A stretch of 63,339 nt of DNA, the filler included, from Octopus bimaculoides (Eukaryota), in the NCBI RefSeq assembly GCF_001194135.2. It is 8 parts of 8 records of this genome, joined end to end, with 100 filler letters (N's around TTAATTAATTAA, not from the genome) between each part and the next. Parts side by side here need not be neighbours in the genome. Positions count along the whole stretch, not along the records: positions 21,495 to 41,578 come from NC_068986.1; 7 more parts are not named here. The stretch is one strand, 5' to 3'. A model generated the notes under the pieces. The model saw only the letters and a program-made list of their open reading frames with translations. It searched no databases and was not told where the DNA came from. This document shows, piece by piece, positions 24,874 through 38,238 of this stretch. Position numbers and translations under genes: made by a program. Within the stretch, counting starts at the first letter, position 1. Each line of letters begins with the position of its first letter.

Positions 24874-27451
24874 TGATGATGATAAACCATATCATAAATT
24901 TGAACTAAAACTCTGCTTGTGAACACTTTATTTTAAATATTTTATTTTTAATCTGCTACTTATGAAATATATCTTCTCATTCAATCATATGAAAATGTTA
25001 CCTTTAACAGATGAGTTTATTCTACTTATCAATCAATAAAAAGCTTAAACCTTTTAGTTTAGCATTTAGCTATTAATAATGCTGATCTATAATATTTTCA
25101 CAATCAGTATGACTCATAGCCACACACCAATAATTAGTAATTAGAGTAATGCATCATCAAATCATAAACAGAGTTTCAGGATTTTATTTTTGTTGTTTTT
25201 GCATGAGATTTTCCTTATATTAGTTATTATATCAAATGTTTTACATAGATATCACTACAGGATAACTAATCACAACAAAATTGCTACAAATGTCTCACTT
25301 TAATTTGTTCCCATTTAAGCATTTCTTGAGCATTTAATGCTGTCACTTCCACTAATATAGGTTGAGCATATTTAACAAACATAATACAGTGTGTAGAATA
25401 GTTAGAAACAATGTCATTTGAGAATGTAAACATAAAATGGCCAGATTTTTTTAAATATAGAACTAGATTTTTAAATATAGAACTAGACATTTTCCAAACT
25501 TAAAATCTTTTACTAAAACATTGTTTTTATCATTTATCATTTCCTCTGCTTCTTATAGTTCAGTACATGAAAATCTTTATAACAAAGAGTTTTCTAAATT
25601 ATGTTTTAACATGAAGATGTAGAAAATATATAAATATATCTAAAACAAAGACAAACAAACAATTGGTATTTATATAAATTAAAAATGAGAAATTGAAGAC
25701 ATTTTATGAAAAAAAAAAAAAAAAAAAAGATCAGAGAAACACATACCAGAAGCAGATATTTTAAAAATCTATTTTAAAATGGAACTATTTTTTTTTTTTT
25801 TGGAAGTTGATAAAACATTTCTAGATGTAAAGAAGAATGTTTTAAAAATGTAATTTATTCTACATTCAAATTTTTAAATTTTACCCAAAACTACAATTAT
25901 TTTTTACTAAATTAGAATTAATAAAGTTCTTTTTATCTGCTGGTAGTGAATGGTTTAAAAAATAATTTATGCAAGCAAGGTTATTTTTTTTTTCTAAATT
26001 TTTATCAATAAATATTTGCTTGTAACAACATTTCAGAAAAGATTTCTAGCTGGATGCTCAGCATAATGTAAAAATCTATTAATTTAGGGAAAAGACCACT
26101 TTATAGTGTTAAATATTTTTCTTTTTACAACATTCAAAAGGAATGGCTTTAATATCTAGAAGATAAAATACAAATCACTTATGAACAAATAGTTAGTGGT
26201 TAAAAGGATTTACTCAACAAAGTACCATACTAGTGTGATATGATACTTATTGGGTTTTACAAAGTTAATTGGTCCAAAGTGATGTTGAAAGTATATGAAA
26301 AACTAAAATACTCTGAACTATCAATAACAGATATTACTGATTTCTCACAGACGCACGAGGTCTTACATTCATTAGAAATGGGGGAAATGTGATTGCATAA
26401 TGTTCATGCCTTGCTCGATGGCATTAGCAACTTAAGTAAACAGAAAGGAAGTCTAACCAGTATACAAAACAATTTCACGGATTCGACATATGGTGAGTGA
26501 GTCTTACTTCAACTTGACAGTATTTGCCATACACAACAGTGTGAAGGTGAACAATAATTGAAGAGATATTCTAAAACTGGAACATTATGAGAATAAGCAT
26601 ATAAACACTTGTATTGAACAGATTTAAAAGAAAAAAAGAAACACCTTTAAAAATATGATTGGCTTGTTAAATTAATCTGCATTTTAAATATTTAAAAAAA
26701 AAAACAGATTAAGAGCATTTCTTTCATTAATAGTTTGTTCTTTTTTCTTTCTTTGTTGAACTGCATTACAGAGTTAAAAAAAAAAAAAGAAAAAACACAA
26801 TTAAAATATTCAACATCATAAATTACTGAAATATCTATGCTATGTAACGAATGAGAAATTAAATGACTCATTATGTACAAGGTAGACTTAATCTGAAATA
26901 TAGTAAAATAATGTTGGAAAGTTCTCAGTCAATGACAACAAAATGTTCATTTTTTTTAACATGAAATTATTTTTTCTGGTTTCCTTTTTTTTTTTCATTT
27001 TTTTGTTTGGTCTCTTAATATATTTTTTAATATAGTATNNNNNNNNNNNNNNNNNNNNNNNNNNNNNNNNNNNNNNNNNNNNNNNNNNNNNNNNNNNNNN
27101 NNNNNNNNNNNNNNNNNNNNNNNNNNNNNNNNNNNNNNNNNNNNNNNNNNNNNNNNNNNNNNNNNNNNNNNNNNNNNNNNNNNNNNNNNNNNNNNNNNNN
27201 NNNNNNNNNNNNNNNNNNNNNNNNNNNNNNNNNNNNNNNNNNNNNNNNNNNNNNNNNNNNNNNNNNNNNNNNNNNNNNNNNNNNNNNNNNNNNNNNNNNN
27301 NNNNNNNNNNNNNNNNNNNNNNNNNNNNNNNNNNNNNNNNNNNNNNNNNNNNNNNNNNNNNNNNNNNNNNNNNNNNNNNNNNNNNNNNNNNNNNNNNNNN
27401 NNAAAAAAAAAAAAAACTAAAGGAAGCCAAATTAAGAACAACTTCCTACGG

Positions 27452-27583
27452 CTACTGAAACACCGACGCCTTTTCCTTGAATGCTTTCTTTCGTTCTTTC
27501 GCTTCTTCTGCTTGCTTCTTTCTTTCCTCTTGTTCTTCCTTGATTTCATTTTCAAATTTCTTTGACCATGTCTGAGCATCAAT
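27452..27583 (-). CDS. EFHD2: EFHD homologue, last coding exon (coiled coil) with TAG stop
   Basis: 132 nt: IDAQTWSKKFENEIKEEQEERKKQAEEAKERKKAFKEKASVFQ*. Acceptor tttcgttcttttag|ATT. Matches the EFHD C-terminal pattern FExEIKxEQEERKKQAEExKxRKxAFKE. Confidence 0.95.
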   Translation of the reverse strand: MDAQTWSKKFENEIKEEQEERKKQAEEAKERKKAFKEKASVFQ

Positions 27584-28619
27584 CTAAAAGAACGAAAGAG
27601 GAAATCATTAATTAAACAATACATCTGCATGTTCAAATGAAATGTGAACATGGATAGAAATGGCAGAATTAATAAGTTAACAACTGAGCCCTAATATTCC
27701 TTCTAGTATAAGCACAAGGCCAGGAGGAAGGACCAGTTGATTACATCATCCACAGAGCTTGATAGATACTTATTTCACTGACACCAAAAAAACTCAAAAG
27801 GCAAAGTTGACTAGCATTTTGTCTGGCATGCTAACAACTCTGCCAGGTCACCCTAATATTGGGTTCAAATTTTGGCACTAGACCAGTAAATGCAGGAGAG
27901 GGGCTAGTTGATTACATCGATCCCAGTGCTCCACTGGTACTTATTTTACCCCCCCCCCCTCCACGCCAAAGGATGAAAGGCAAAGTCAAACTTAGCAGAA
28001 TTTGAACTCAGAGCGTAAAGACAGATGAAATACCGCTAAGCAAGTCATCCAGTGTGCTCATAGTTCTGCCAGCTCATTGCCTTATTGTGCCCTAATATTA
28101 AAGTTCAAATATATTCTTTGATTTATCCTTGTTTAAGCTTCTTAATCACACAACCCACTTTGTACTTGTCTCAAGTGTACAAAAAGTTGTGATGGTCATA
28201 CCTAGAACACTTCAGACCAGAGATGTACTTGATCAAAGTTGACCAAAGACTAAACAACAATAACAACAACAAGGTTGTTTGAAATGACTAAATTTTGACC
28301 AGACAGTCGTAATTGGTGCTGCTGGTTTTGGTTTTAATTTGGTAGCTTGTTTAGGTAGATAAAATAAGAATAACATCCAAAGACATTTCAATTATAGAAA
28401 TAAGAGCTATGACAACCATTGAATCAGCTGGTTTTGTAATGTATGGTGGATTAGAAACAACAGGGATTAATCACTAATTAATTAGTTTATAATATATGAG
28501 GGTTGTTGTAATCACTGTCTGATGATGTTTGCATTGAGTGCAGTGCAGCAATTAGCACGAGGATTGTTGCACCTATTTAATGTGAAACCACATGGTTGCA
28601 AAGAGAGCTTCTTAACGAG

Positions 28620-28985
28620 ACAGTCATCTTATCTTTTATCTTTTACTTGCTTCATACTGGGGCACCGCCTTGAAGAACTTTTAGCTGAACAAACCAACCC
28701 CAGTACTTATTTTTAAAATATGGTACTTATTCCACTGGTCTCAAACCACTAAGCTACGGGGACATAAATACACCAACACTGGTTGTGAAGCAGTGGTAGG
28801 GGACAAACAGATACCAACACACACATGATGGGCTTCTCTCAGTCATCTACCAAATCTACTCTCAAGGCTTTGGTCGGCCCATGGCTATAGTAGAAAACAC
28901 TGACCTATGGTGCCACACAGTGGAACTGAACCCAGAATCATGTGACTGGGAAGCAACTTCTTACCATGCAGTCATGCCTATGCCT
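28620..28985 (-). mobile_element. SINE-A, diverged copy
   Basis: Tail (cttgcttcatactggggcaccgcc), body and head (aaggctttggtcggccc...gaacccagaatcatgtg) are recognisable. Confidence 0.8.
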
Positions 28986-29384
28986 ATCTGAATTCTGATT
29001 TAAGATATTCAAGGCAACTACTTTAGATATATTTTTAACACTGAGAATCTCTCATTTGACATAAAATGTCTGGAATTTCAAATCATATTTTTTATCTCGA
29101 TGAATATCAATCTAATGCTTGTATTTCTATTCTAACACAATTTCTTTAGAGACATCAATACAAGCCTAGCTGCATGGTTAAGACGTTTGCTTCACAACTC
29201 TGTGGTTTCAGATTCCATCCCAGTTCTCTACTAGTCTTGAGCTAACCAATGACTTGTTAGTGAAATTTGGCAGATGGAGCCTTCATAGAAGCCCTTTATA
29301 CACCACACACACACATATCTATAATACATATTGAAGCCCTTTATACACACACACACACACACACATCTATAATATATATTGAAG

Positions 29385-29745
29385 CCGTTTTCATTTCACT
29401 CATTTGACTGCAGTCATACTGGAGCACCGCCTTCAGTTGAATTAGTCAACCCCATGACTTATTCTATGTAAGCCTAGTACTTATTCTATCAGTCTCTTTT
29501 GCCAGACCACTAAGTTATGGGGATGTAAACACACCAATATCAGTTGTCAAGTGATGGTGGGGGCAGACAAACACCGGCACACAAATACATACATACATAT
29601 ACAATGGGCTTCTTTCAGTTTCCATCAACCAAATCCACTCACAAGGCTTTAGTTGGCCTGAGGCTATAGTAGAAGACACTTGCCCAAGGTGCCATGCAGT
29701 GGGACCGAAGCTGGAACCATGTGGTTGGGAAGCAATCTTCTTACC
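29385..29745 (-). mobile_element. SINE-A, CpG-decayed copy in the last EFHD intron
   Basis: Aligns by eye to 51679-52089, with most CpGs changed to TG or CA. Confidence 0.85.
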
Positions 29746-30139
29746 ATATATTGTATATATCATCACTAGCAGCATCATTTTAATGTCTACTTTTCCATGC
29801 CTGGAATTTGTTGAAGCATATTTTTAATAGCTGGATGGCCTTTTTGCCACCAACCCTTACCTGTTTCCAAGTAAGATATCTCCTCACGATGAAACATGTT
29901 TTCAGGGAAGATCAAAAACAAAGGACACTGCTTGCATGATGGTAACATTCATTTACAACTAACACAATATCATGTCAAATTTCAGATCATTTACTGAATA
30001 TTAATAAGGTCTTGAGGTATCAATTCATTGAATTGATTCAATTTAGAAATGTAGATAACATTTCATTCAAAAAAATATATCTGAATTGTTGCATTTTGTC
30101 AACTTAGAGATATAGAATGGAATTTTTAGGAATTTTTAC

Positions 30140-30277
30140 CTTGGCCTCAAAAAAGTTCTTAGCACCCTTCACTCCTTCTTTGTCCACATCTATTTCCCAT
30201 ACATTTTGATATAACTCGTATAGACCACTGTCTGTGTTTAATTCTTCAGCAGCTGCTTTCCGGAAAATAAGGAGAAA
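30140..30277 (-). CDS. EFHD2: EFHD homologue, internal coding exon
   Basis: 138 nt, phase 0/0: FLLIFRKAAAEELNTDSGLYELYQNVWEIDVDKEGVKGAKNFFEAK. Acceptor tttcag|TTT, donor AAG|gtaaaa. FLLIFRKAAA and EIDVxxEGVKGAKxFFEAK are EFHD signatures. Confidence 0.96.
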
Positions 30278-31880
30278 CTGAAACAATAAAATTAAAATTT
30301 TATAACTTTTAATTTTCATTAAAATAATAGATACAATTATAATCATCAGTTTAAGTCCAAGAACAGCTATAGGCTCTTGAGCCAGTTACAGTTCAGATTA
30401 GAACTTACAATATCTAGTATCACCTTACAATGCAGTTTTCCAGTATTTGTACATCCAGTTTTCATGTGATTAGAAATGTCAGTTAGATCTAACACTAAAG
30501 AAAGCGTTTATACTTGCATTTTCAGAGTCAAAGCTTATATAATTTTTGTTTATTATCCTTATTTGTTTTCTCTTTTTGGTACATTTTTTCACATAAAAAA
30601 TTTGCGTACACACAAAGCTAGAAAGAATTAATGAACTGAATGGACTCAAGTTGTAGAGATGTTTTAACCAGTAATTAAAAAGTAATGATTAGTATTTTTA
30701 CTTGCTAATACAAAATATTGTAATTTATGGCAAAAAGTGTTTTAAATTGAGCAAGCTTATCAAATTTACAAACCAATTATTTCTTTGATAACATGATAAA
30801 AAAAAAACCCAGTAAGAAGGAAAATGTAGAAATAACAGAGATAGCAACTTGGTAAAATATTTACAGACAAGTTCTTTGGCTGATATTGCAGTCTTATTTG
30901 AGCACAAGAAACATGGTGACAAGTTTTGTTGAAATATTTATAATTTGGATGTGGCTACCAATTAATTAGAATAATTAGAATAACAAGACAATCCGAAATA
31001 AGCATGAGAAGTAAGAAGGAAAGAAAACAATGGATTTAACATTAAGAATAAGGTTGAAAAACGAGTAACGTTTAGTTTAGAAACAGAACAAGGATAAGTA
31101 TTTTCTTTAAACTAATGCAGTGGTGTATGATTAATCTAGAAGTTGTGAATAAGGTGAATACCAGAAAAATTAACCAAACAATAAAACAATTACAAAATCA
31201 AAAATAGCAACGAAAATGGACATAACAGCAAATATGCTTTACTGCTACAATAAGAAAATGTGAGAAAAAATACACACAAATATATTTTCTTGTTTCAGTC
31301 AACCTAGCAGCATCTACATCAAAATAGAAATGATTGGATTAGCTCCATTTATCTTTTATCTTTCACTTGTTTCGGTCATTAGACTGTGGCCATGCTGGGG
31401 CACCAGCTTGTGGAGTGTTCAGTTGATTGAACTGGCTCTAATACTGAGTTCTAATTATGCTGGTATTGACGATGAATGACAATGATATACATTTACAACT
31501 ATCAAACACTGTCAACACAAGGAGACACAATGATACATACTTTCACACACACTCACTCACACAGAAACACACATGTGCACGTGCATGCACTCACTCTCAC
31601 ACACACACACACACACAACTGATTAAAAATGTATGAATAACAGGTTGATTTAATCCAGTTGACTGCACACTCTCCTACAAAATCTGACCATAGGCTTTTG
31701 TATATGAAAAAACCAAAGTTACTATATTACTTTTCCAACAACAAACATACCGAAATTTTCCTTGTTACATCAACCACACCCGTAATTAACATGCATGAAT
31801 CTCTGTATGTATTTGTGTGTGTGTGTGCATGTTTAATATGCTTTGAAAATCTAAATATTCATATCAAATATATCACTTAC

Positions 31881-32028
31881 CTCTCTAAAGTTAATTTTGT
31901 TATCTTCATCTTCATCAACTTCTTTAATCATTTCCTTTAAGGCTAAATGTGTCTGTGGTGCTCCTAGTTTTTCCATCATGACTTTTAATTCTTCAATATC
32001 AATAAATTTATCTTTATTGACATCATAT
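31881..32028 (-). CDS. EFHD2: EF-hand domain protein D (swiprosin-1/EFHD1-2 homologue), internal coding exon with both EF-hands
   Basis: 148 nt = 1 nt + 49 codons YDVNKDKFIDIEELKVMMEKLGAPQTHLALKEMIKEVDEDEDNKINFRE. Acceptor ttttttgtctatgtcag|A, donor GAG|gtaagt. MMEKLGAPQTHLxLKxMIKEVDED is the EFHD family signature. Confidence 0.96.
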
Positions 32029-33299
32029 CTGACATAGACAAAAAAGAAATCAAAAATAAAATTAGTCTTCAATGGGACATAAGTAATATATAGGCAATAA
32101 ATATAAAAATTGGTTTCATATTCTGGAATTTTGGCACAAAACCAGCAAATTCGAGGAAGGGTGTAAATTAATTATATCAGCCCTATTGTTTAACTGGTAT
32201 TTACTCTATCAGGAGTTGAATGTCCAGAGCAATGTAAGAATTATACAATGCAAATAAATGAATAAAATCAGAGTTCAAATTGTGCTGTAGCCCTTTTTAT
32301 CTTTCATTTTCGGGGTAAATAAAGTTCCAATCCAAACTGGAAGAACATCAGATCAGATGCTTTGTGGTATTTGTTTTGGATCTTTGCATTTTGAGTTCAA
32401 ATCCCACTGTGGCCTACTTTGATAATAGACTTAATCCATCAACTGCTTAAACACTGCCACCTAACACCTTGGGTGGCCTTTAGCATGGTCTGCTCTGTTG
32501 CAAATGTTCATGCCAAGTCTCTGGTTTGAAGATATCTTCCTTATTCTCTTTCTCCCACTGGTCTTAAAAGATAAAAAATAAAACTCATAAGGATGGTTTT
32601 CCAGTTTTTTTGTACCATATATATTTTCGTCCCTGGATGGGACACCAGTTCATTGCAGAATTACACACTCTTGTCAGCCGAGTGGACTGGAGCAACATGA
32701 AATGGAGTGTTTTGCTCAAGAACACAACGCATTTCCCGGTCCAGGAATTGAAACCATACTCTGATGATCATGAGTGTGACACCCAAACCACTAAGCCATG
32801 ACCATCCATCCATCCACCAGTCTCGGAGGCTCTGGAAAAGGTCATAGACACTCCTTCCCTCCTGACTATATGGTAAAAAAATGATCCAGTTGGTGAAATA
32901 TAAGTTGTGGGTGGTACTACCCCACTGCTAAAGAAAGGGGTGGGGAAATGGTACTAGGGACAAAGGAGGCAGTAGGGGGGGGGGTCAATGATGCATGTTT
33001 TAAGCTTAATTTGCAAAAATATTTCCAATTTTTATTCTATGCATGAAACATCTGGCAATGTAATTAGAGTTGAAATGAGTTTTGACATTCCATATAATAT
33101 TGATGGAATTACCTTTGTATAAATAGTCTTTTAATGGTGATTAACCTGTTGGCTGATTTTGTGATGTACTAAATTTTCTTCAACCATAGCAAGAGGGTGT
33201 TGAAAGTGTTACTAAAAGAAAGTGGGCAGTAGCTAAAACGTTAGAGAAGCGCTGTTCTAAGTGTTCTCTTTGGTCTGGATCAGGAATATCACCTTAGAT

Positions 33300-33392
33300 C
33301 AGGGGGTCACTAAACTACAGCCTGCGGGCCGGTCATCAGGCCAGCGAGGTCAGTTCATCTGGCTCGCTGCTGCACTGTACCTTTTGTGTAAG
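33300..33392 (+). mobile_element. hAT (Charlie-like) terminal fragment
   Basis: CAGGGGGTCACTAAACTACAGCCTGCGGGCCGG resembles the hAT end motif CAGGGGTC..CAAACTACGGCCCGCGGGCC after CpG decay. The other end was not found. Confidence 0.5.
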
Positions 33393-33452
33393 TACCTGCA
33401 ATGAGAGTTCATTTGCTTCTGATATGACATCTGCGTTTGGAACAACTTATGT

Positions 33453-33653
33453 CTCTTTTACTTGTTTCAGTCATTTGACTGCGGCCATGCTGGAGCACCA
33501 CCTTTAGTCAAGCAAATCAACACCAGGACTTATTCTTTGGAAGCTTAGTACTTATTCTATCGGTCTCTTTTGCCGAACCGCTAAGTTACGGGGATGTAAA
33601 CACACCACCATCAGTTGTCAAGCGATGTTGGGGGGACAAACACAGACACACAA

Positions 33654-33697
<44 letters not shown>

Positions 33698-33863
33698 GTA
33701 TACGGCGAGCTTCTTTCAGTTTCCGTTTACCAAATCCACTCACAAGGCTTTGGTCGGCCCGAGGCTATAGTAGAAGACACTTGCCCAAGGTGCCACGCAG
33801 TGGGACTGAACCCAGAACCATGTGGTTGGTAAGCAAGCTACTTACTACACAGCCACTCCTGCG
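33453..33863 (-). mobile_element. SINE-A, full length
   Basis: Reverse complement of the 16907-17335 type along its whole length. Confidence 0.9.
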
Positions 33864-33891
33864 ATATATATATATAAACTGATACTGTGAC

Positions 33892-33951
<60 letters not shown>

Positions 33952-34151
33952 ATATACATACATATATACATATATATATATATCATCATCATCATCATCG
34001 TTTAACGTCCGGCTCCAATCTGATCTGGCAGAGTCTCTATGGCTGGATGCCCTTCTTTATGCCAACCACTCTGAGAGTGTAGTGGATGTTTTTGCGTGCC
34101 ACCGGCACAAGGGCCAGTCAGGCAGTACTAGCAACAGCCATGCTCAAGTGG

Positions 34152-34197
<46 letters not shown>

Positions 34198-34789
34198 GAC
34201 ACACACACATATATCACAGTATCACCCAGAACATCAGATGTTGTAATACCCAGCTGATCACAATGCGCTTCCAATTCTATCTTGATTGCACCATTCCTTC
34301 CCACATTGACCCAAACTGCTTGGCTAAACCGTCTTCTATATATAGTAAGTAAGATATAAAGTAAAAAGAAATTATTACTTATTTCCATATTATGACATGT
34401 ACTTTCCATAGAAATATATTGATGAATCACAGCTCTAAGGTTGGAACCAGCTGTTAAGGCAATGCAACATCATCCAGCCAATAACTTTATTGAAGACAAA
34501 AGTCAAAACTGAAAATATTATTATTAATCTACATGTGCACCATATGTTATATTTTATTTTCTATGTACAATTATTGTTTGATTGCTAAAACATTCATTCT
34601 ATATTTTAATTATTATCAAACTATATTAAGTGACCAATATTAATATGTATTTTAGTTTATACCAATTGTGATTAACATATTTTCCAGTCTGCAATATGAA
34701 CAATGAGGTATTTTAATAGACTTCTATTTAAAACTTCATACCAAAAGGGGAAAAGAAAAAAAAATCCTTCAAGATTTGGCATTCGGTTT

Positions 34790-35165
34790 AGGTGTAGTCA
34801 TGGCTGTATGGTTAAGATGTTTGCTTTGCAATCACAAGGTTCCAAGTTCAGTCTCAGTGTGTTGCCCCTTGGACAAGTGCCTTTTACTATAACCCCAAAC
34901 CAACCAATGCCTGGTGAATGAATTTGATAGATGGAGACCATGAGAAAGCCCCTAATGTGTGTGTGTGTGTGTGTTGTGTTTAGTCTCCCACCACTGCTGT
35001 TTGACAACTAATGTTGGTTTGTTTACATCCCCGTAACATGCGGTTCAGCAAAACAGACCAATAGAATAAGCACAAAACTTTAAAATAAGCACAGTAAGGA
35101 GCGATTTTTTTGACCAAACCTTCAGAGAGGCAGTGCCCAAGCATGGCCATACTCCCATGCTAGAA
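34790..35165 (+). mobile_element. SINE-A, diverged copy
   Basis: tcatggctgtatggttaag head, cttggacaagtg core, (TG)n centre, gtttacatccccgtaac body, gcatggcc tail. Confidence 0.75.
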
Positions 35166-35337
35166 AGAAGTAAACATGTGACTTTATATGAATATTTTTT
35201 AGGTTTAACTTCAACCCATTTATTCATGCTCTGATAAAAATGAAATGATTAAGATACAATATTAAACTAACTTCTTTAAGGCCTTCGGTACAAAACCACA
35301 ACAGGTATTTTGTTGTGTATTTAAAAGGGACATTTAA

Positions 35338-35940
35338 CCCTTTTGTAACTACCAATCTGCCGAGATTATCACTGATTCCATGATATAAACTTGCTTTATT
35401 TAAAGTGATCCAGATTAAAACCTACCATGAAAATTTTATGTTAAACTGTGTTTCAAACACCACCATAATAATCCTTTCTACTATAGGCACAAGGCCTGAA
35501 ATTTTGGGAGGGGATGGCTAGTTGATTACATCAACCCCAGTACTCAACTGGACCTTAAAAGGATGAAAGGGAAAGTCAACCTCAATAGAACTGGAACTTA
35601 GAATGTAAAGACGGAGTAAATGCTGCTAAGCATTTTGTCCAGCATGCTAACGATTCTAATAATGACAAAATTATTTTACTAATTTTTTTGTGTGTAATTT
35701 TCAGAATTAATTAACTGATATCTTGTCCAGAGGGGTTATCTCCATCTACTTAAAATCTTGAAGTTAGAGCTAAACAAAAGCCTACCACTGATTCTGTGAT
35801 ACAAACTTGCATTTTTTTAAAACTGATTTAAATTAAAACCTTCCATTGAAATTTCATGTTAAATTATGTTCCAGACACCAATTAAAATGAAAACAGTGTA
35901 TTTGAGCAGAAATATGGTAAAATAAAATTTTTAAAAACGG
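35338..35940. mobile_element. piggyBac-like MITE pieces interrupted by a SINE
   Basis: TTAA-CCCTTT at 35334-35343 and AAAACGG-TTAA at 35934-35944. Internal similarity between ~35370-35460 and ~35785-35880. SINE-C inserted at ~35470-35660. Confidence 0.4.
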
Positions 35941-36364
35941 TTAATTCTTAAATATCTTTTCATTTACCTGCTGAGAAAAAGAAATGAATCATTAGGAAAC
36001 GTAATCTCGAAACAAACTGACATCTTGTCCAGGAGGTTTATCTCCCTCATCCACTTAATACGTTGAAGTTAGAGCTAAACAATAGCCTTTAATTAAAAGT
36101 GCTTTGGAGTTAATAGAAGTATTTATGTCCTTTAATTGCACTGAATCACATTACAAAAGAAAAAGACTCATTGGTATGTCATCAATGCAAACAATAAATA
36201 CCCAGAATGTATGGTCAAAGCTTTCGTGGATTCTCAACTAATCAAGTTTAATTATACTTAACTTGAATAAACTAAAAACTCAAAACTATGGACTTAACAG
36301 AAGGCTTACAAGAAATAGCAGCCAACTTCTGTAAAGTGATTTAATTGATGTTGGAATATATATA

Positions 36365-36725
36365 TACTCTTTTACTTGTTTCAGTCATTTGACTGTGGCC
36401 ATGCTGGAGCACCACCTTTAGTTGAGCAAATCGACCCCAGGACTTATTCTTTGTAAACCTAGTACTTATTCTATCGGTCTCTTTTGTCGAACCACTAAGT
36501 TATGGGGATGTAAACACACCAGTATCGGTTGTCAAGCGATGCTGGCGGGGACAAACACAGACATACAAACATATACACACACATACATATATATATATAC
36601 ATATATATGACGGGCTTCTTTCAGTCTCCGTCTACCAAATTCACTCACAAGGCTTTGGTTGGCCCGAGGCTATAGTAGAAGACACTTGCCCAAGATGCCA
36701 CGCAGTGGGACTGAACCCAGAACCA
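36365..36725 (-). mobile_element. SINE-A lacking the extreme 5' head
   Basis: High similarity to 33453-33863. Confidence 0.88.
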
Positions 36726-37079
36726 ACCAGATTAAGAGCTTTACCCCTTGTGGATCCTGAGGTAGCTTATGAGGCTGATATTGGCACAAAACCCACAGTT
36801 ACAGTGGGAGCATGTAATAGTGGAATCAAGCACCATGTGGGACTCTTGTTTTACATACATATATATATATATGTTTGCTGCATGGCAAACACAATAGTGC
36901 TTGTGGCACAAGAAAAGCACACATTACATGCTGTAAAGTGGTTGGTATAAATTAGGAAGAGCATACAGCTGTAGAAATCATGTCAAAGCAGACACTGGAG
37001 TATGATGCAATCCTTGGACCTATCAGATCCAGTCAAACAGTTCAATCCATGCCAGCATGGAAAATGGACACTAAATGGC

Positions 37080-37333
37080 GGTGATGATGATGATGATGAT
37101 GTGGTGGTGGTGGTGGTGATAATGATAATGATAGTGGTGGTGGTGGTAGTGGTGGTGGTGGTGGTGGTGATGATGATAATGATGATGACAGTGGTGGTGG
37201 TGGTGATGATAACGATGGTGGTGGTGATGGTGATAATGATGATGATGATGGTGTGGTGGTGGTGATGGTGGTGGTGGTGATGGTAATGATGATGACAGTG
37301 GTGGTGGTGATGATATGGTGATGGTGGTGGTGG

Positions 37334-37380
<47 letters not shown>

Positions 37381-37381
37381 G
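37080..37381 (+). repeat. Degenerate (GAT)/(GGT) trinucleotide array
   Basis: Read directly; extends from the (GAT)n tail of the upstream repeat. Confidence 0.95.
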
Positions 37382-38019
37382 TAGATGTATGCAAAAGAGA
37401 TCCTTTCACTGGTATGATCAGGCATTGCATATGGATACTGAAAAGACACCCATACTATAAGTAGATCAAAAAGTCAACTTGAAAATAAAACAGAAGTGGT
37501 GATGGTGGTGGTGAGGTGACGAATATGAGAGCAATGAGTTAACATTAACGTAAGGAATGGTAAGACAATTCAGGTGTACGCAAGAATGCTTTACTACAGA
37601 TGCAGCCAATCCATGCTAGCGTGTAAGGATGTTTATAAAACCCAAAACAATCAATGAAAAGACTGATAATGAGGATAATATTCATTCATGTAAAAAGACT
37701 AATTATATTCGGGCAGCTAATGACTTTTATTATTGGCTGAATCAACACAATTGTCAATGATTATTATCAATATCTAATATTTAGACATGATTTCAATATA
37801 ATTAGCTTCCTGGCTTGATGCCATTGAACTGCTTTGACCTGATAGAAGCAGATCTTCACAGCAACAATTATCTATGCCAATTAATTTCATACAGCCCCTA
37901 TATATAAAATACATATTTGCACAAACACATACATGTATCCATACATACGTATGTATGTATGTATGTATCTATCTATCTATCCATCCATCTATCTATCTAT
38001 CTATCTATCTATTTATCAA

Positions 38020-38170
38020 TAAGGGCATCCAGCTGTAGAAACTCTGCCAATTCAGATTGGAGCCTGGTGTAGCCATCTGGTTTCACCAGTCCTCAGTCAA
38101 ATCGTCCAACCCATGCTAGCATGGAAAGCGGACGTTAAACGATGATGATGATGATGATGATGATGATGAT
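38020..38170 (+). mobile_element. RTE-related SINE/LINE 3' module with (GAT)n tail
   Basis: AAGGGCATCCAGCTGTAGAAAC...CCAACCCATGCTAGCATGGAAAGCGGACGTTAAA(CGAT). Paralogues lie at ~36935-37100 (+), 33985-34150 (-), 40095-40235 (-) and 29770-29860 (-). Confidence 0.72.
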
Positions 38171-38178
38171 ATATATAT

Positions 38179-38238
<60 letters not shown>

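Noticed and set aside
183-29385. Short tandem duplications (~183-220, 14209-14246, 25442-25487, 29288-29385)
   Set aside because: Only two copies each with no spacers; ordinary slippage, not CRISPR-like arrays.
34205-34345. Balanced-GC open stretch in the EFHD intron (RRFSQAVWVNVGRNG...) after an acceptor-like site
   Set aside because: Available donors give phase 0 or 1, not the phase 2 needed, and no homology was recognised.
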